DNA from: an uncultured Pseudobdellovibrionaceae bacterium
Lineage (GTDB): Bacteria > Bdellovibrionota > Bdellovibrionia > Bdellovibrionales > UBA1609
Length of the DNA stretch: 64,000 nt
Assembly: GCA_963803705.1 (NCBI GenBank)
Contig: CAWDNU010000004.1
Location: forward strand, 896,001-960,000
Direction of reading: 5' to 3'
Below, piece after piece: positions 1 to 9,922 of this stretch (position 1 is the first letter of the stretch; every line of letters begins with the position of its first letter). The notes beneath the pieces are model-generated. The model made no database searches, was not told where the DNA came from, and saw nothing but the letters and a program-made list of their open reading frames with translations. The position numbers and the translations under genes were made by a program.

Positions 1-497
1 GCTGCCACACCCATATGTTTAGGTTGATCTAGATCAGATTGAACCTTTGGTCTGTAAGATGACCAAGTTACATACCTGCCCGGGCGATTAGGGTGAGGCA
101 CAGTTGCTCTCATCTTCTCTATTTGACCTTCATCTTTTGATTTTAAAAAGCCAGAATACCTAGGGTTTGGAACTACAAACCTAGCTTCACGATTCGAAAT
201 TAAATAAAATCCGTATTGACCGTTTTTTCGTGCAGCTAGTGTCCAAGCGCTTTCAGCTGTTGGATTTAGTTCGCCCAAAAGCCTTCTATTTTTATCTAAA
301 ATTGGAGATTTATATATGGAATTTAGGCAATTTACTTCATCACTAAAATCAGAAAGGTCTTCTGAGGGCGCACTTCTGGACCTAAAAGTTGAGCCTTCTA
401 TGCCGACTTCCTGTGCTGACATTGAAGATGCAAAGACCAATTGTAATAAACCAACAAAGAATAGAAAACTTGTGAATTCTTTTTTAAGATACATCAT
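1..497 (-). CDS. Secreted hypothetical protein, 3' end runs off the window
   Basis: Manual translation from ATG at 497 gives MMYLKKEFTSFLFFVGLLQLVFASSMSAQEVG..., with a signal-peptide-like N-terminus and an open frame as far as read. Not in the ORF track. Confidence 0.7.
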   Translation of the reverse strand, partial: MMYLKKEFTSFLFFVGLLQLVFASSMSAQEVGIEGSTFRSRSAPSEDLSDFSDEVNCLNSIYKSPILDKNRRLLGELNPTAESAWTLAARKNGQYGFYLISNREARFVVPNPRYSGFLKSKDEGQIEKMRATVPHPNRPGRYVTWSSYRPKVQSDLDQPKHMGVA

Positions 498-628
498 TCA
501 TATACGATAGCTAACGGGGTCACAACTTGGACAGTCTAGATTTAGTAGTTGATCTTTGAACTTGATTCAAATACCAATTCTAGACTAAAATCTATGGATA
601 TTACCGCTTTTAGAGCCGATAAATCCCT

Positions 629-1246
629 ATGCTATTCAGTTTTAAAAAAAATCCTTTATTTATCCCCTCATCTCAGGTTCCTGCTAGAAACTTTATCATA
701 ACGATATTTATTTGTAATTATGCTGTCACGGTAGTTCCATTGCTTTATTTTTTGTATAAGAACTACTTAGTGCTAGATGAAATTGGTTTCAAATTTTTCC
801 CAACTTTGCTTGACGTAAATTCAGCGGACAAATTCATGCTGATTTGCTGCCTAGTATTCACATTTGTTACTGGTTTAGTTATTCAGCTTTACGCTCAACG
901 CTATTTTTTAAAAAAAATATATAGCCCAATCGATATGGTGCAATCGCACATTTCCAAACTCACCTTGGGGAATTTCGACCAACCTAAACTGCCCATTAAG
1001 CGCGAACAGTATGTATTAGAGCTTATTAGAAGTTACAATTATCTGTACGGATCACTTCAGACTAATATAAAAAGAGACATTACTTTTTTGAAAGCCTTAG
1101 AGGAAAATCACGATCCCAAATTAGCCCGAGTGCTTATGTTGGAAAAAATTGAACAGTTAAGTTTAAATCCTTCAGATTACACTTTAGAAGTTTCGGTGAA
1201 AAAGACTAAGAAAAAGTCCTTAGATAAAGATTCTCAAGCTGCCTAA
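629..1246 (+). CDS. Membrane protein, two TM segments plus HAMP-like linker
   Basis: Two hydrophobic segments followed by a HAMP-like motif (PIDMVQSHISKLTLGNF...ELIRSYN). Confidence 0.6.
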   Translation: MLFSFKKNPLFIPSSQVPARNFIITIFICNYAVTVVPLLYFLYKNYLVLDEIGFKFFPTLLDVNSADKFMLICCLVFTFVTGLVIQLYAQRYFLKKIYSPIDMVQSHISKLTLGNFDQPKLPIKREQYVLELIRSYNYLYGSLQTNIKRDITFLKALEENHDPKLARVLMLEKIEQLSLNPSDYTLEVSVKKTKKKSLDKDSQAA

Positions 1247-1280
1247 AATTTTTTTTAAAAAAGCTAGTGCGCTTTCTCAT

Positions 1281-1729
1281 TCAACGTAGCTTGAAATCTT
1301 TTCTTAACTGTCGTTCAACGTCTTTATTTTTAATAGACTGTCTTTTATCGTGTAGTTTTTTGCCTTTGCCTAGTCCGATCTCTAATTTTATACGACCACC
1401 CTTGAAGTACATCTTTAAAGGTACTGCCGTTAAGCCTTTCTCGTCTATCTTTCCACGAATTTTGTTAAGCTCATCCTTGTGTAGTAATAACTTTCTAAGC
1501 CTTTCAGGTTCGTGGTTGTTATAGCTACTAGCATTGAAAGGTTTGATGTTGGCACCTTGAAGAAAGGCCTCCGAATTACGAAAAGTGATATAGGATTCTC
1601 TTAAGGCAATGTTGCCATCCCTAATAGATTTAACTTCGCTGCCTGTTAACACAAGGCCAGCCTCGAAAGTTTCTGAAATCTGGTAGTTGAAACCGCTTTT
1701 TTGTTATCAACTATAATCTTTATTCCCAT
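1281..1729 (-). CDS. smpB: SsrA-binding protein SmpB, one-base frameshift near 1694
   Basis: LTGSEVKSIR, RKLLLHK and GKKLHDKR motifs. The N-terminus MGIKIIVDNKKA (ATG 1729) joins FNYQISETFEAGLV only if one base is added. Confidence 0.93.
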
Positions 1730-1733
1730 AATT

Positions 1734-2546
1734 TTATAAACTACCTCTGTTTTCACAAAATAGGTAGAGCTCTTGGAAATTAGCAGGCGTAAGCTCTTCA
1801 GCGCGCATATCTAAGCTCAAATCGTTTAAACTAAAAAACTCTTTAAATTCGGCTAAGCAATTAATTTTTTTTGCTTTGTTAGATATTTTTTTTCTTCGCT
1901 CCAAGAAGCAAGATTTCACAAACTTGGTGTATTTTATCCGAGTTTGTATTTTAGAAACCTTATGTGCAAAAGTTAAGACCTGACTATCTACTTTAGGTCT
2001 AGGGTTAAAACAATTAGGACTGACAAACACCAACTTCTTAACAGTCCAAAAACTTTGAGCTACAACTGATAAAAAGCCGTAGGATGAATTTTTTTCTTCG
2101 CTGATAATACGATCAGCAACTTCTTTTTGAAACATCAAAACCATGTGCTCTGCTACACTAGCTTCTGACATTTCGATAACAATCCTAGACGAAATTTGGT
2201 AAGGTAAATTTGAAACTAGGCCCATTGGTTTTGTAACTTCAGTCCAGTCAAATTTAAGGGCGTCACATTCAACGACCTGTAAGCCCTGCTCGCGCCAAAA
2301 GTTTGCTAAAACAGAATCTAGCTCAATAACTTTTACTAAATTATTTTTCAGATCATCCGTTAAAGACCCCAACCCAGGTCCGATTTCGATCCAATTTAAA
2401 TCCGCTCTCTTTTGCACAAAGCTTACAATTAGATCTACAATTTTTTGATCTACTAAAAAATTTTGACCTAAAGACTTTTTCGCTCTCTGACCAAGTCTGT
2501 TTAAACGCTGGTCAATTTTTGACCTTAAGTCCAATGAATCCATCAA
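1734..2546 (-). CDS. rsmA: 16S rRNA m6,2A dimethyltransferase
   Basis: KKSLGQNFL, EIGPGLG, NLPYQIS, MFQKEVA motifs. Confidence 0.95.
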   Translation of the reverse strand: MMDSLDLRSKIDQRLNRLGQRAKKSLGQNFLVDQKIVDLIVSFVQKRADLNWIEIGPGLGSLTDDLKNNLVKVIELDSVLANFWREQGLQVVECDALKFDWTEVTKPMGLVSNLPYQISSRIVIEMSEASVAEHMVLMFQKEVADRIISEEKNSSYGFLSVVAQSFWTVKKLVFVSPNCFNPRPKVDSQVLTFAHKVSKIQTRIKYTKFVKSCFLERRKKISNKAKKINCLAEFKEFFSLNDLSLDMRAEELTPANFQELYLFCENRGSL

Positions 2547-2548
2547 AT

Positions 2549-3613
2549 TTAATCCTTAGTTTTTTCGTAAGTGAAGTCACTATCCAGGGACCTTGGCATG
2601 GGGGCCAAAACTTGATCAGACGTCTCGCCGTTAAGAAAACGCCTAAGTCCAGCGAAACCTATCATCGCTGCATTATCTGTGCAGTATTTCAGTGGAGGTA
2701 TCAAAACTGGTACATTTAGCAGGTCTGATAACTCACTAGCTTTCAATCTTAAGTAGGTGTTTGCACTGACCCCACCTGTAATTGCCACTGATTTGTAAGT
2801 TCGCTTCATTAAGACTGTATTTAGCTTTTCAAAAAGAACATCAACAACGTCTTTTTCAAATGATGCACATAAATTAAAAATTTCAGATTCAGTTTGATCT
2901 GGTGACATTGTTTCAAGTAAACGAAGTGCAGATGCCTTAGTGCCTGAAAAACTGAAATTTAGACCTTTATTTTTTAAGCCTTTCGGAAAGTTGTACTTTA
3001 GTGGATCACCACGCCTGGCCCACTGATCCAATTTAGCTCCCCCAGGAAAACCAAGCCCCAATTCCTTTGCAAACTTGTCTAAAGCCTCGCCAGCAGCGTC
3101 ATCAATACTTCTACCCAAAATATTAAACTGCCCCAAAGTATCAATTTCGCACAGGTGTGTATGACCACCGCTTACAGCTAAGACCAACGCTGGCCAAGAT
3201 TCATCTATAGAGGATATTGGTGCGTAAGTTTCATCTGTAAGCCAAGGTGCTAATAGATGTCCCTCTAGGTGGTTAACGCCAATAAATGGAACGTCCCAAG
3301 CTATAGATAAAGTTTTTGCCGTCACTATTCCAACTAACAGTGAACCAATCAGCCCAGGACGATTGGTCACGCAGATTATATCAATGTTGTCGGATGTTAG
3401 GTTTTTAGATTCCAATAGACTTTTTATAAGCGGCAGTAGAACTAAAGTGTGATTTCTAGACGCTATTTCCGGCACAACACCACCAAATGGCAAATGTTTT
3501 GCATCCTGGTTGGCGCTTAGCTGTGACAAAACAAATCCATCTGACCTGACTAAGGCCACAGAAGTGTCGTCACAACTGGTCTCAATAGCCAGTCCAATTT
3601 TTTTGATATCCAT
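2549..3613 (-). CDS. tsaD: t6A37 threonylcarbamoyltransferase
   Basis: IETSCDDT, GGVVPEIASR, HLEGH, VSGGHT, TDNAAMI. Confidence 0.97.
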   Translation of the reverse strand: MDIKKIGLAIETSCDDTSVALVRSDGFVLSQLSANQDAKHLPFGGVVPEIASRNHTLVLLPLIKSLLESKNLTSDNIDIICVTNRPGLIGSLLVGIVTAKTLSIAWDVPFIGVNHLEGHLLAPWLTDETYAPISSIDESWPALVLAVSGGHTHLCEIDTLGQFNILGRSIDDAAGEALDKFAKELGLGFPGGAKLDQWARRGDPLKYNFPKGLKNKGLNFSFSGTKASALRLLETMSPDQTESEIFNLCASFEKDVVDVLFEKLNTVLMKRTYKSVAITGGVSANTYLRLKASELSDLLNVPVLIPPLKYCTDNAAMIGFAGLRRFLNGETSDQVLAPMPRSLDSDFTYEKTKD

Positions 3614-3615
3614 GC

Positions 3616-4299
3616 TTACAAATTGTTTAACCTAAATTTCGCGAATTTAGAAGCTTTGGACTTGGGGTATAACTTAACTACATTAGTAAAAAAGGTTTTG
3701 GCTTCAGATTTCAAACCCAATTCCTGAAAACAGACTCCTATTTTATAGGTCACGATCGAGATCTCGTCTGATTTTGGGTTTTTCTTGCGGTAGAACTCAA
3801 ACTCTTGAGCAGCCTTTTCCCATTTACCTTCGGTGAAAAGCTGATCAGCTCTTTCCAAATCGCCTGTGGGCTGAGTGCTTGCCTCATCTCTAGCGGTCTT
3901 CGCTGCCTTCATTTGAGCCTCTTGGCTTTGTCGAATTTGATTTTTCAACATATCTTGCTGAATGGACATTTCGCTAATTGCTTGCTCAAGATTTTTTACG
4001 CGATCAGAGTCTGCTTGTCCGCTGGAGCCTGATTTTGTCTCAAGCTCTTCTATTCGGCCTAACATTGTTCTGAACTGTTCTTCGTAAGCCTTCAGTTGAG
4101 TTTCTAACTCTGCGACTTCCTGACTTTTCTTGATAGGACCTGTAATTGGTTTTGGTGCATTATAGGTCTTAGGCACATTATACCTAGAAGACGAAGGCTC
4201 GTTTTCGGAAAGCTGAGAACGAGTCACAACGCAGTGGCTTAAAAGCAATAAACTTAAACTCATCAACATTGCCTTCAAAAAAATGTTCCGTGAAATCAT
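3616..4299 (-). CDS. cpoB: Tol-Pal associated TPR protein CpoB/YbgF-like
   Basis: Lipoprotein-like N-terminus, coiled coil, C-terminal TPR; in the pal operon. Confidence 0.75.
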   Translation of the reverse strand: MISRNIFLKAMLMSLSLLLLSHCVVTRSQLSENEPSSSRYNVPKTYNAPKPITGPIKKSQEVAELETQLKAYEEQFRTMLGRIEELETKSGSSGQADSDRVKNLEQAISEMSIQQDMLKNQIRQSQEAQMKAAKTARDEASTQPTGDLERADQLFTEGKWEKAAQEFEFYRKKNPKSDEISIVTYKIGVCFQELGLKSEAKTFFTNVVKLYPKSKASKFAKFRLNNL

Positions 4300-4607
4300 A
4301 AAACAATTTCTCCCTTTTTGTATTTTTTAACTCTAGCCCTAACTTCTGCTTTCTCAGCTAGAAATCGACTTTTTATAAAATATTCTTTAGCTTTATCATA
4401 GTTTCTTTCATCAAAAAAATTAAGAGCTTTTTCGTAGGTCTTCTTATACTGAAAGGAAAGTTTTGGCTCTAAACGTTCGGCCTGGGCCCGCTTTGCATTA
4501 TCTATAGCGGTGATCGCAAGGACGTATTCGTTTTTCGGTGGGACGCCTGCACACGCAAAAAAAACCGTTGTCAGGGCATAAAAAAAGAGAGCTTGAAAAT
4601 ATCTCAT
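4296..4607 (-). CDS. Small helical lipoprotein (DUF4398-like)
   Basis: Lipobox FFAC, Ala-rich helices; lies between pal and cpoB. Confidence 0.6.
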   Translation of the reverse strand: MRYFQALFFYALTTVFFACAGVPPKNEYVLAITAIDNAKRAQAERLEPKLSFQYKKTYEKALNFFDERNYDKAKEYFIKSRFLAEKAEVRARVKKYKKGEIVL

Positions 4608-4630
4608 AGCTCTCTTAGTTTGATTTAGAA

Positions 4631-5167
4631 TTACTGAAGTGGCAAGAAATTAGCTCTTCTATTCTTAGAATGATCTGATTCAGAATCACCGTAAGCTAAA
4701 AGTTTTTCTTCACCATAGCTGATTGTCATCATTTGAGATGGACTTACACCAATGCCTTTTAAGTAATCTTTTACTGCTTTCGCGCGTCTTTCGCCCAATG
4801 CTAAATTGTATTCAATAGATCCTCTTTCATCAGTGTGTCCTTCTATTTGCACATTGACGTTAGGATTTGCATTCATCCAAGCGGCATTGTCACTTAAGAT
4901 CTGTTTTGCTGCAGCTGATAAGCTTGAATTGTCATAAGCGAAACTAACAGTTTTTAACCCAGGTATAGAACCTGTGTCACTTCCAGTTGCACCCGCATTC
5001 ATTGGAGAGTCAGACATATTAGTAGCGTCCAACACACCACCTTGGGCTAATGGATCTCCGCCATCTGCTGACAACGATGTGTCATCTTCTGCTTTCTTTT
5101 TGCTCGAACAATTTGTGATTGATAAAGCCATTACTGCTACTAACATTGCTGTTAAAAATTTTGTCAT
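4631..5167 (-). CDS. pal: Peptidoglycan-associated lipoprotein Pal
   Basis: Lipobox; OmpA-C motifs IEGHTDERGSIEYNLALGERRA and KNRRA. Confidence 0.95.
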   Translation of the reverse strand: MTKFLTAMLVAVMALSITNCSSKKKAEDDTSLSADGGDPLAQGGVLDATNMSDSPMNAGATGSDTGSIPGLKTVSFAYDNSSLSAAAKQILSDNAAWMNANPNVNVQIEGHTDERGSIEYNLALGERRAKAVKDYLKGIGVSPSQMMTISYGEEKLLAYGDSESDHSKNRRANFLPLQ

Positions 5168-5258
5168 GAACTACCCCCATAAAGATTAAGACAGTACAAT
5201 TCTATGACGGCTGTTGCATAAGTCAATCCGTTATTACTATTTTTATAAAGGATTATGA

Positions 5259-8114
5259 ATGGTATTTATCAAACCCTTTGCTTTATTTTTTCTTTCAATT
5301 TTAACGCTGTCTGCGGCAATGGCTGAAAGTGATAGCTGGAAGACTCTAACAACGCCTCATTTTAAAATCATTATTGCAGATAAGTTTCCAAAACAAGAGC
5401 AACATATAGCAAAACAAGCCGAACGCGCCCTAGACCAGCTTCGTAGTATTTACTCTGAATTTCCCAAAAGTAAAATCTTGATTGTTGTTGATCACAGAAC
5501 TAACGCCTCAAATGGTTCTGCTACTCACTTTCCCTATCCACATATTATTATTTACCCAGCATTGCCAACAACCTACTCTTCAATTGGTGAATATAATGAA
5601 TGGGTTTATGAACTTATTTTGCATGAACTTGTCCACTTTCTAACCTTTTACCCCAACCATGGAATTTATAGGCCAGTGCAGTGGCTGTTTGGAAATCTTT
5701 TTGCTCCTAATTTTATTCTTCTACCTTCTTGGTTTCATGAAGGCTTAGCCGTAAGTCTGGAAACACACCTTTCCACTGGTGGTCGGATGCGCTCTGAACA
5801 TTATAAAGAAATGTCAAAAGTCTTAGCCCAAAAACTTAAAACCGGCGAAGAAAACTTATCCTCGATCAACGAACGCTCTACCCCTAGCTTTCCATATGGA
5901 CAAAGACCTTACTTTTTCGGCTCTTTGGTTGTTAATGAAAGCACCAAAAACCAATCCGCTGATAGTCTAAATCAAATGATCCAGGGCTTTTCACGCGCTA
6001 TTCCCCCATACAACATTAATTCAAGCGTTAAAAAAAACCTAAATCAAAGCTTTGTAAGCGCCAGAAAGGCGATTCAGATCCCAAACCAGGTAAACCAAGA
6101 GACAGAAAAAAAATACCAAAAAGAGTTTATCTTCGAAGGACATTCTCCGATTTGGTTGAACAGTAAAAGTTTTTTGACTCTAAGAACAACTCCAAATTTG
6201 TTCCAAGAGATTGTTCAATACGACTTAACCGAATTCACTAAACCTAAAAAAAAGGTCTTAACCAGCTTACTGGGTGCGGAAAGAATAAACCTATCTTCTG
6301 ATTCCAATAAATTAGTTTTTACTCAGCTGTTTCCCTACCAAAAAATGTATAATACTACTGATATTTTTATATACGATTTTAAAACCAAAAAACAAAAGCG
6401 ACTTACTTTTGGAGCTAAGCTGCGCGACGCTGCATTTTCTAAAAGTGTTGAACAAATTGTCGCTGTCCAAACAAATCTTACTAATACAAGACTTGTTAAA
6501 TTAAATGTCTCAAAACCAGAAACAATTACCCTTTTATACCGTCCCCAGAATATTGAGACTAGAATTACTTCTCCAAATTTTATAAATAACGATACGGAAA
6601 TTATTTTTTTAGAAAAAGAAGTTGGACAACCGACAAAACTAAAAATTTTAAATGTTAAATCAAACTTAATTACGGTTTTAGATTTTGCCGAGCATTTTGA
6701 AAAAATTTTTTGGGTTGAAAATCAAAAAGATCAGTTAGTGGTTCATGCTAAAGAAATTTCCAAACCTCGACAACACTATGTTTTAGACAAAGACTTTCAG
6801 CCCACACAAATCACTTTCGATAAGATTGGCACTCGCAGTGCGGCCCTGAATAAAAAACAGGTGTTAGTGACTCACCTAAGTTCGAAAGACTATGTGACTG
6901 CTTGGTACCCTGATTTTAAAAGTGAGACTTCTGCAGATTTAAATGACTACGATATAAGGCTTAGTAAAAATCTTTTGTTTCAAGATAAAAACGCACCTGG
7001 TCTAAAATCTAAAAAAACAAAGATCAAAGAACTTGAATACTCTTTTTTAGACTATATGCTGCCTCAGTACTGGTTTCCATTTATTACCCCCAACTACGGC
7101 GGCTTTAGCAGCGAGTTTTCAACTAGCATCTCTACTGGGTCTTCGGATCCGCTGGGGATCAATTCCTACTCGGCAAATTTAAGGCAAGATACGATCTCAA
7201 ATCGGTTGAGCGGAGGTGTTAATTTTTTTCACCAAGATAAGAATCTGGTTTGGGGGTTATATGCAAATCAGTTTGAATCACCTTTGAATGAAGAGTTTTC
7301 TAGAACTATTCAATCCTTAGCAGTTTCTACTCGTTACGATTTTGGCCACGCAAGAAACCTAGGCCACGCGTTAACCATCTATTTAAGTCACACTGATGCC
7401 AGGCTAGAGTCTATTCAACAGATTAAATCGTTTGGACCAGAATTGACTTACAATTTCAATTCTTTAATGCAAGCTCCATCAGAGCTAGTACCTGGCTTAG
7501 GTCAATTTGCAAATATTTCAGTTTCACACTTTCTAGATATAGATAACTATTTTTCATACAATTTTTTAGATGCCTATTACGAAGCTTTTTTTTCAAGATA
7601 CAAAATTATACCCAAACAAACTTCACTAAAAGTTTTTGGGAAGGCTTTAGCCTCTGACCAGGTGCTGCCCACAGTTTTCAGTCCTGTAAACTTAAGCGGT
7701 TACTTCATGAACTCTAGACAGCAGAGCAGTTTTGTAATTCGAGGCTACCCTTCAGGTGTTTTTCAAGCCAATGAAGCCGCCTACACCCTGGGACTTGAAT
7801 ACTATTTTCCAATCTTCAACGTGTTTAGCGGACCAGAGTCCTTACCCGTATTTTTTCGACGACTTTACGGAACTTTAGTTGCGGATATGGGGAGTTTTAA
7901 AGGTCGAGTTTTTGATGGAGCTTCTGCTAGTTTTCAAGATCATAGTTTTGAAGAAACTTATTACGGAGCAGGATTTGAACTTCACCTAGACCTTACGGTT
8001 GGGCACTATGTCCCACTAAAACTAAGCCTCGGTGTCTACAATGCACTGAACCCGCTTGACGGAATTGAGCCCACTCAAGTCTTTTTTAACTTTACAACAC
8101 CAGCGCTACCTTAA
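5259..8114 (+). CDS. Large secreted/OM protein: gluzincin-like domain, TolB-like propeller, probable C-terminal beta-barrel
   Basis: Signal peptide; HELVH...WFHEGLA; KRLTFG-type propeller repeats; IRGYP motif and alternating aromatic strands at the C-terminus. Confidence 0.65.
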   Translation: MVFIKPFALFFLSILTLSAAMAESDSWKTLTTPHFKIIIADKFPKQEQHIAKQAERALDQLRSIYSEFPKSKILIVVDHRTNASNGSATHFPYPHIIIYPALPTTYSSIGEYNEWVYELILHELVHFLTFYPNHGIYRPVQWLFGNLFAPNFILLPSWFHEGLAVSLETHLSTGGRMRSEHYKEMSKVLAQKLKTGEENLSSINERSTPSFPYGQRPYFFGSLVVNESTKNQSADSLNQMIQGFSRAIPPYNINSSVKKNLNQSFVSARKAIQIPNQVNQETEKKYQKEFIFEGHSPIWLNSKSFLTLRTTPNLFQEIVQYDLTEFTKPKKKVLTSLLGAERINLSSDSNKLVFTQLFPYQKMYNTTDIFIYDFKTKKQKRLTFGAKLRDAAFSKSVEQIVAVQTNLTNTRLVKLNVSKPETITLLYRPQNIETRITSPNFINNDTEIIFLEKEVGQPTKLKILNVKSNLITVLDFAEHFEKIFWVENQKDQLVVHAKEISKPRQHYVLDKDFQPTQITFDKIGTRSAALNKKQVLVTHLSSKDYVTAWYPDFKSETSADLNDYDIRLSKNLLFQDKNAPGLKSKKTKIKELEYSFLDYMLPQYWFPFITPNYGGFSSEFSTSISTGSSDPLGINSYSANLRQDTISNRLSGGVNFFHQDKNLVWGLYANQFESPLNEEFSRTIQSLAVSTRYDFGHARNLGHALTIYLSHTDARLESIQQIKSFGPELTYNFNSLMQAPSELVPGLGQFANISVSHFLDIDNYFSYNFLDAYYEAFFSRYKIIPKQTSLKVFGKALASDQVLPTVFSPVNLSGYFMNSRQQSSFVIRGYPSGVFQANEAAYTLGLEYYFPIFNVFSGPESLPVFFRRLYGTLVADMGSFKGRVFDGASASFQDHSFEETYYGAGFELHLDLTVGHYVPLKLSLGVYNALNPLDGIEPTQVFFNFTTPALP

Positions 8115-8293
8115 AATCTACTGAGACATGGCCAGGTTTTGAAGTTTATCTCTTTAAAAGCCGGGTGAAGTATCAACCGACCCCTGTACAACGCGCCGCT
8201 GCTATTTCTCTAATTTCGATCATTAAACCCACTATGCTTGACTTTCAGGCTCCCACAAAAAAAAATTAAGATTGAAGAAAGAGGGGGCCACAT

Positions 8294-8800
8294 TTGGATC
8301 AAGATAATATCGATTGGATCAAGGATTTAGTTCGAGGCGAACAACAGATGGAAGAAGCTGGAATCGTTGATTTCTCTCCGGCCTTTGACCCTGCAAATAT
8401 TTTGCTCAAGGGTACAGTTGAATTTCTTCAAAATATTAAGTCTCAATTTATTAGGTCAGCCACCGTTTTCAATCAGCTTCGCGGGGGCTCTCAAGGTGTA
8501 ATCAAAGTTTATGGTATTTCTAAAACTCACTCTGATTTTATGCTTTTTAGGAATGGCTATAAACTAATTTTTTCGATGTCTGAAGCGGGCAAAATATTAA
8601 TTCAGTTCCATCATATGGCAACGCCGTTTATGTCTGAGAGTAGCTCCAAGAGCTCGGGACCAATGACTGCACATAGCGCCTTAGAAGCGCAATGGGGCGC
8701 TTTCGGTGAATTAGTCTGGACTAATAAAAACAAGGCAGTAAACGAAAGATATTTAGTCAGATACTACTTAAAGCACTTTGTACACAATAGTACTAAATAA
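8294..8800 (+). CDS. Hypothetical protein
   Basis: 168-aa ORF, TTG start after a GAGGGGG SD. Confidence 0.75.
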   Translation: MDQDNIDWIKDLVRGEQQMEEAGIVDFSPAFDPANILLKGTVEFLQNIKSQFIRSATVFNQLRGGSQGVIKVYGISKTHSDFMLFRNGYKLIFSMSEAGKILIQFHHMATPFMSESSSKSSGPMTAHSALEAQWGAFGELVWTNKNKAVNERYLVRYYLKHFVHNSTK

Positions 8801-8871
8801 ATTACAATTAGTATAAAATTTACTATATTTTTATACACTTCCCTGGCATCTTTCATGAGCTAGGAGAGTGC

Positions 8872-9405
8872 TTGATGGTTAATTTTAGAGCTTCCTTATT
8901 CTTTTTTTTACTTTTGACATCCGTGAATTTGTTAGCCTCCCAAGACGACTCTAACACTTTGCAACTTATTAAGTACATAGAAGACGTTTCGACCCTAAAA
9001 TACAAAGGTGAAGAGCTTCCCGAAATAAGATCTGTAAGTCCCGGCATGATAATGATTTACCACTATGGAGAAGCCCGAGTAGCCAAAGCCGATTACAATG
9101 GCGAAAGACTAATGCCCATCACCGGAGCTTACGATCATGAGCGAAATATAATCTACATTAGTAACCAATATGATTTAAATTCTGAAAGTAGCTTACCAAC
9201 TAAAATTCACGAGCTGGTGCATTTTATGCAAAATATCAATGGAATTACAAAACAATTTAACAGTTATAAAGACTGCTTAGAGGGCGAAGCTTACGATATA
9301 CAATACACTTGGCAACACGAATTCAAAATTTTGATCGAAACGGCACCAAGCTACCAATTGATCATATACAACTATATGAAGTGTGGTCAGCAGTTTGGAC
9401 AATAG
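8872..9405 (+). CDS. Secreted small HExxH protein (DUF6647-like)
   Basis: Signal peptide; GAYD...IY, HELVHFMQ, CLEGEAYDIQ. Confidence 0.65.
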   Translation: MMVNFRASLFFFLLLTSVNLLASQDDSNTLQLIKYIEDVSTLKYKGEELPEIRSVSPGMIMIYHYGEARVAKADYNGERLMPITGAYDHERNIIYISNQYDLNSESSLPTKIHELVHFMQNINGITKQFNSYKDCLEGEAYDIQYTWQHEFKILIETAPSYQLIIYNYMKCGQQFGQ

Positions 9406-9435
9406 AATTCAATTTGGATGTTCGAGATTAAAAAA

Positions 9436-9915
9436 TTATTTCTTGCTCGAATGAATTTTTTCAGACATTAGAACAACATCTTTAAAAGTCTCTATTCGGA
9501 TAGGCTCACTTAGGTCAATCTTTTTTAAGTTTTCCCTAGCCTCTAAAATTCTTTTTGTAACTCCAAGACTCGGCTTTTCGAAGTCGATTATTTTTTCCTG
9601 ATTTTCGAAATCAGCTATTGAACCAAATCCTTTAGCTGAAAAATTTTTGGCGTCTTCTAATGATAAAGTTCTAACTAGCGTTGAACTTATCTTTTCCTGA
9701 ACTTCTTTTGTCTCATCTGCATCTTTGCAAGCTTCAACTAAGGGAAGTATTGAGTCCTTTTTAGCTAAATCCAATAGATCTTCCAAAACGGTAATTTTTT
9801 CGGATATGATTTTTTCAGTTTTTTTAGCTTCAGCTAGCAAACCCTTTTTATTATAAAACATTATCCAAAACATCAAACTTGTGAATATTAAAAAAGACTG
9901 TAGTAAGATTTCCAT
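9436..9915 (-). CDS. Hypothetical protein, N-terminal TM anchor plus coiled coil
   Basis: Co-directional ORF 7 nt after aspC. Confidence 0.6.
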   Translation of the reverse strand: MEILLQSFLIFTSLMFWIMFYNKKGLLAEAKKTEKIISEKITVLEDLLDLAKKDSILPLVEACKDADETKEVQEKISSTLVRTLSLEDAKNFSAKGFGSIADFENQEKIIDFEKPSLGVTKRILEARENLKKIDLSEPIRIETFKDVVLMSEKIHSSKK

Positions 9916-9922
9916 TCATAAA

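Noticed and set aside
316..510. 64-aa + strand ORF
   Set aside because: Antisense shadow of the signal-peptide ORF on the minus strand.
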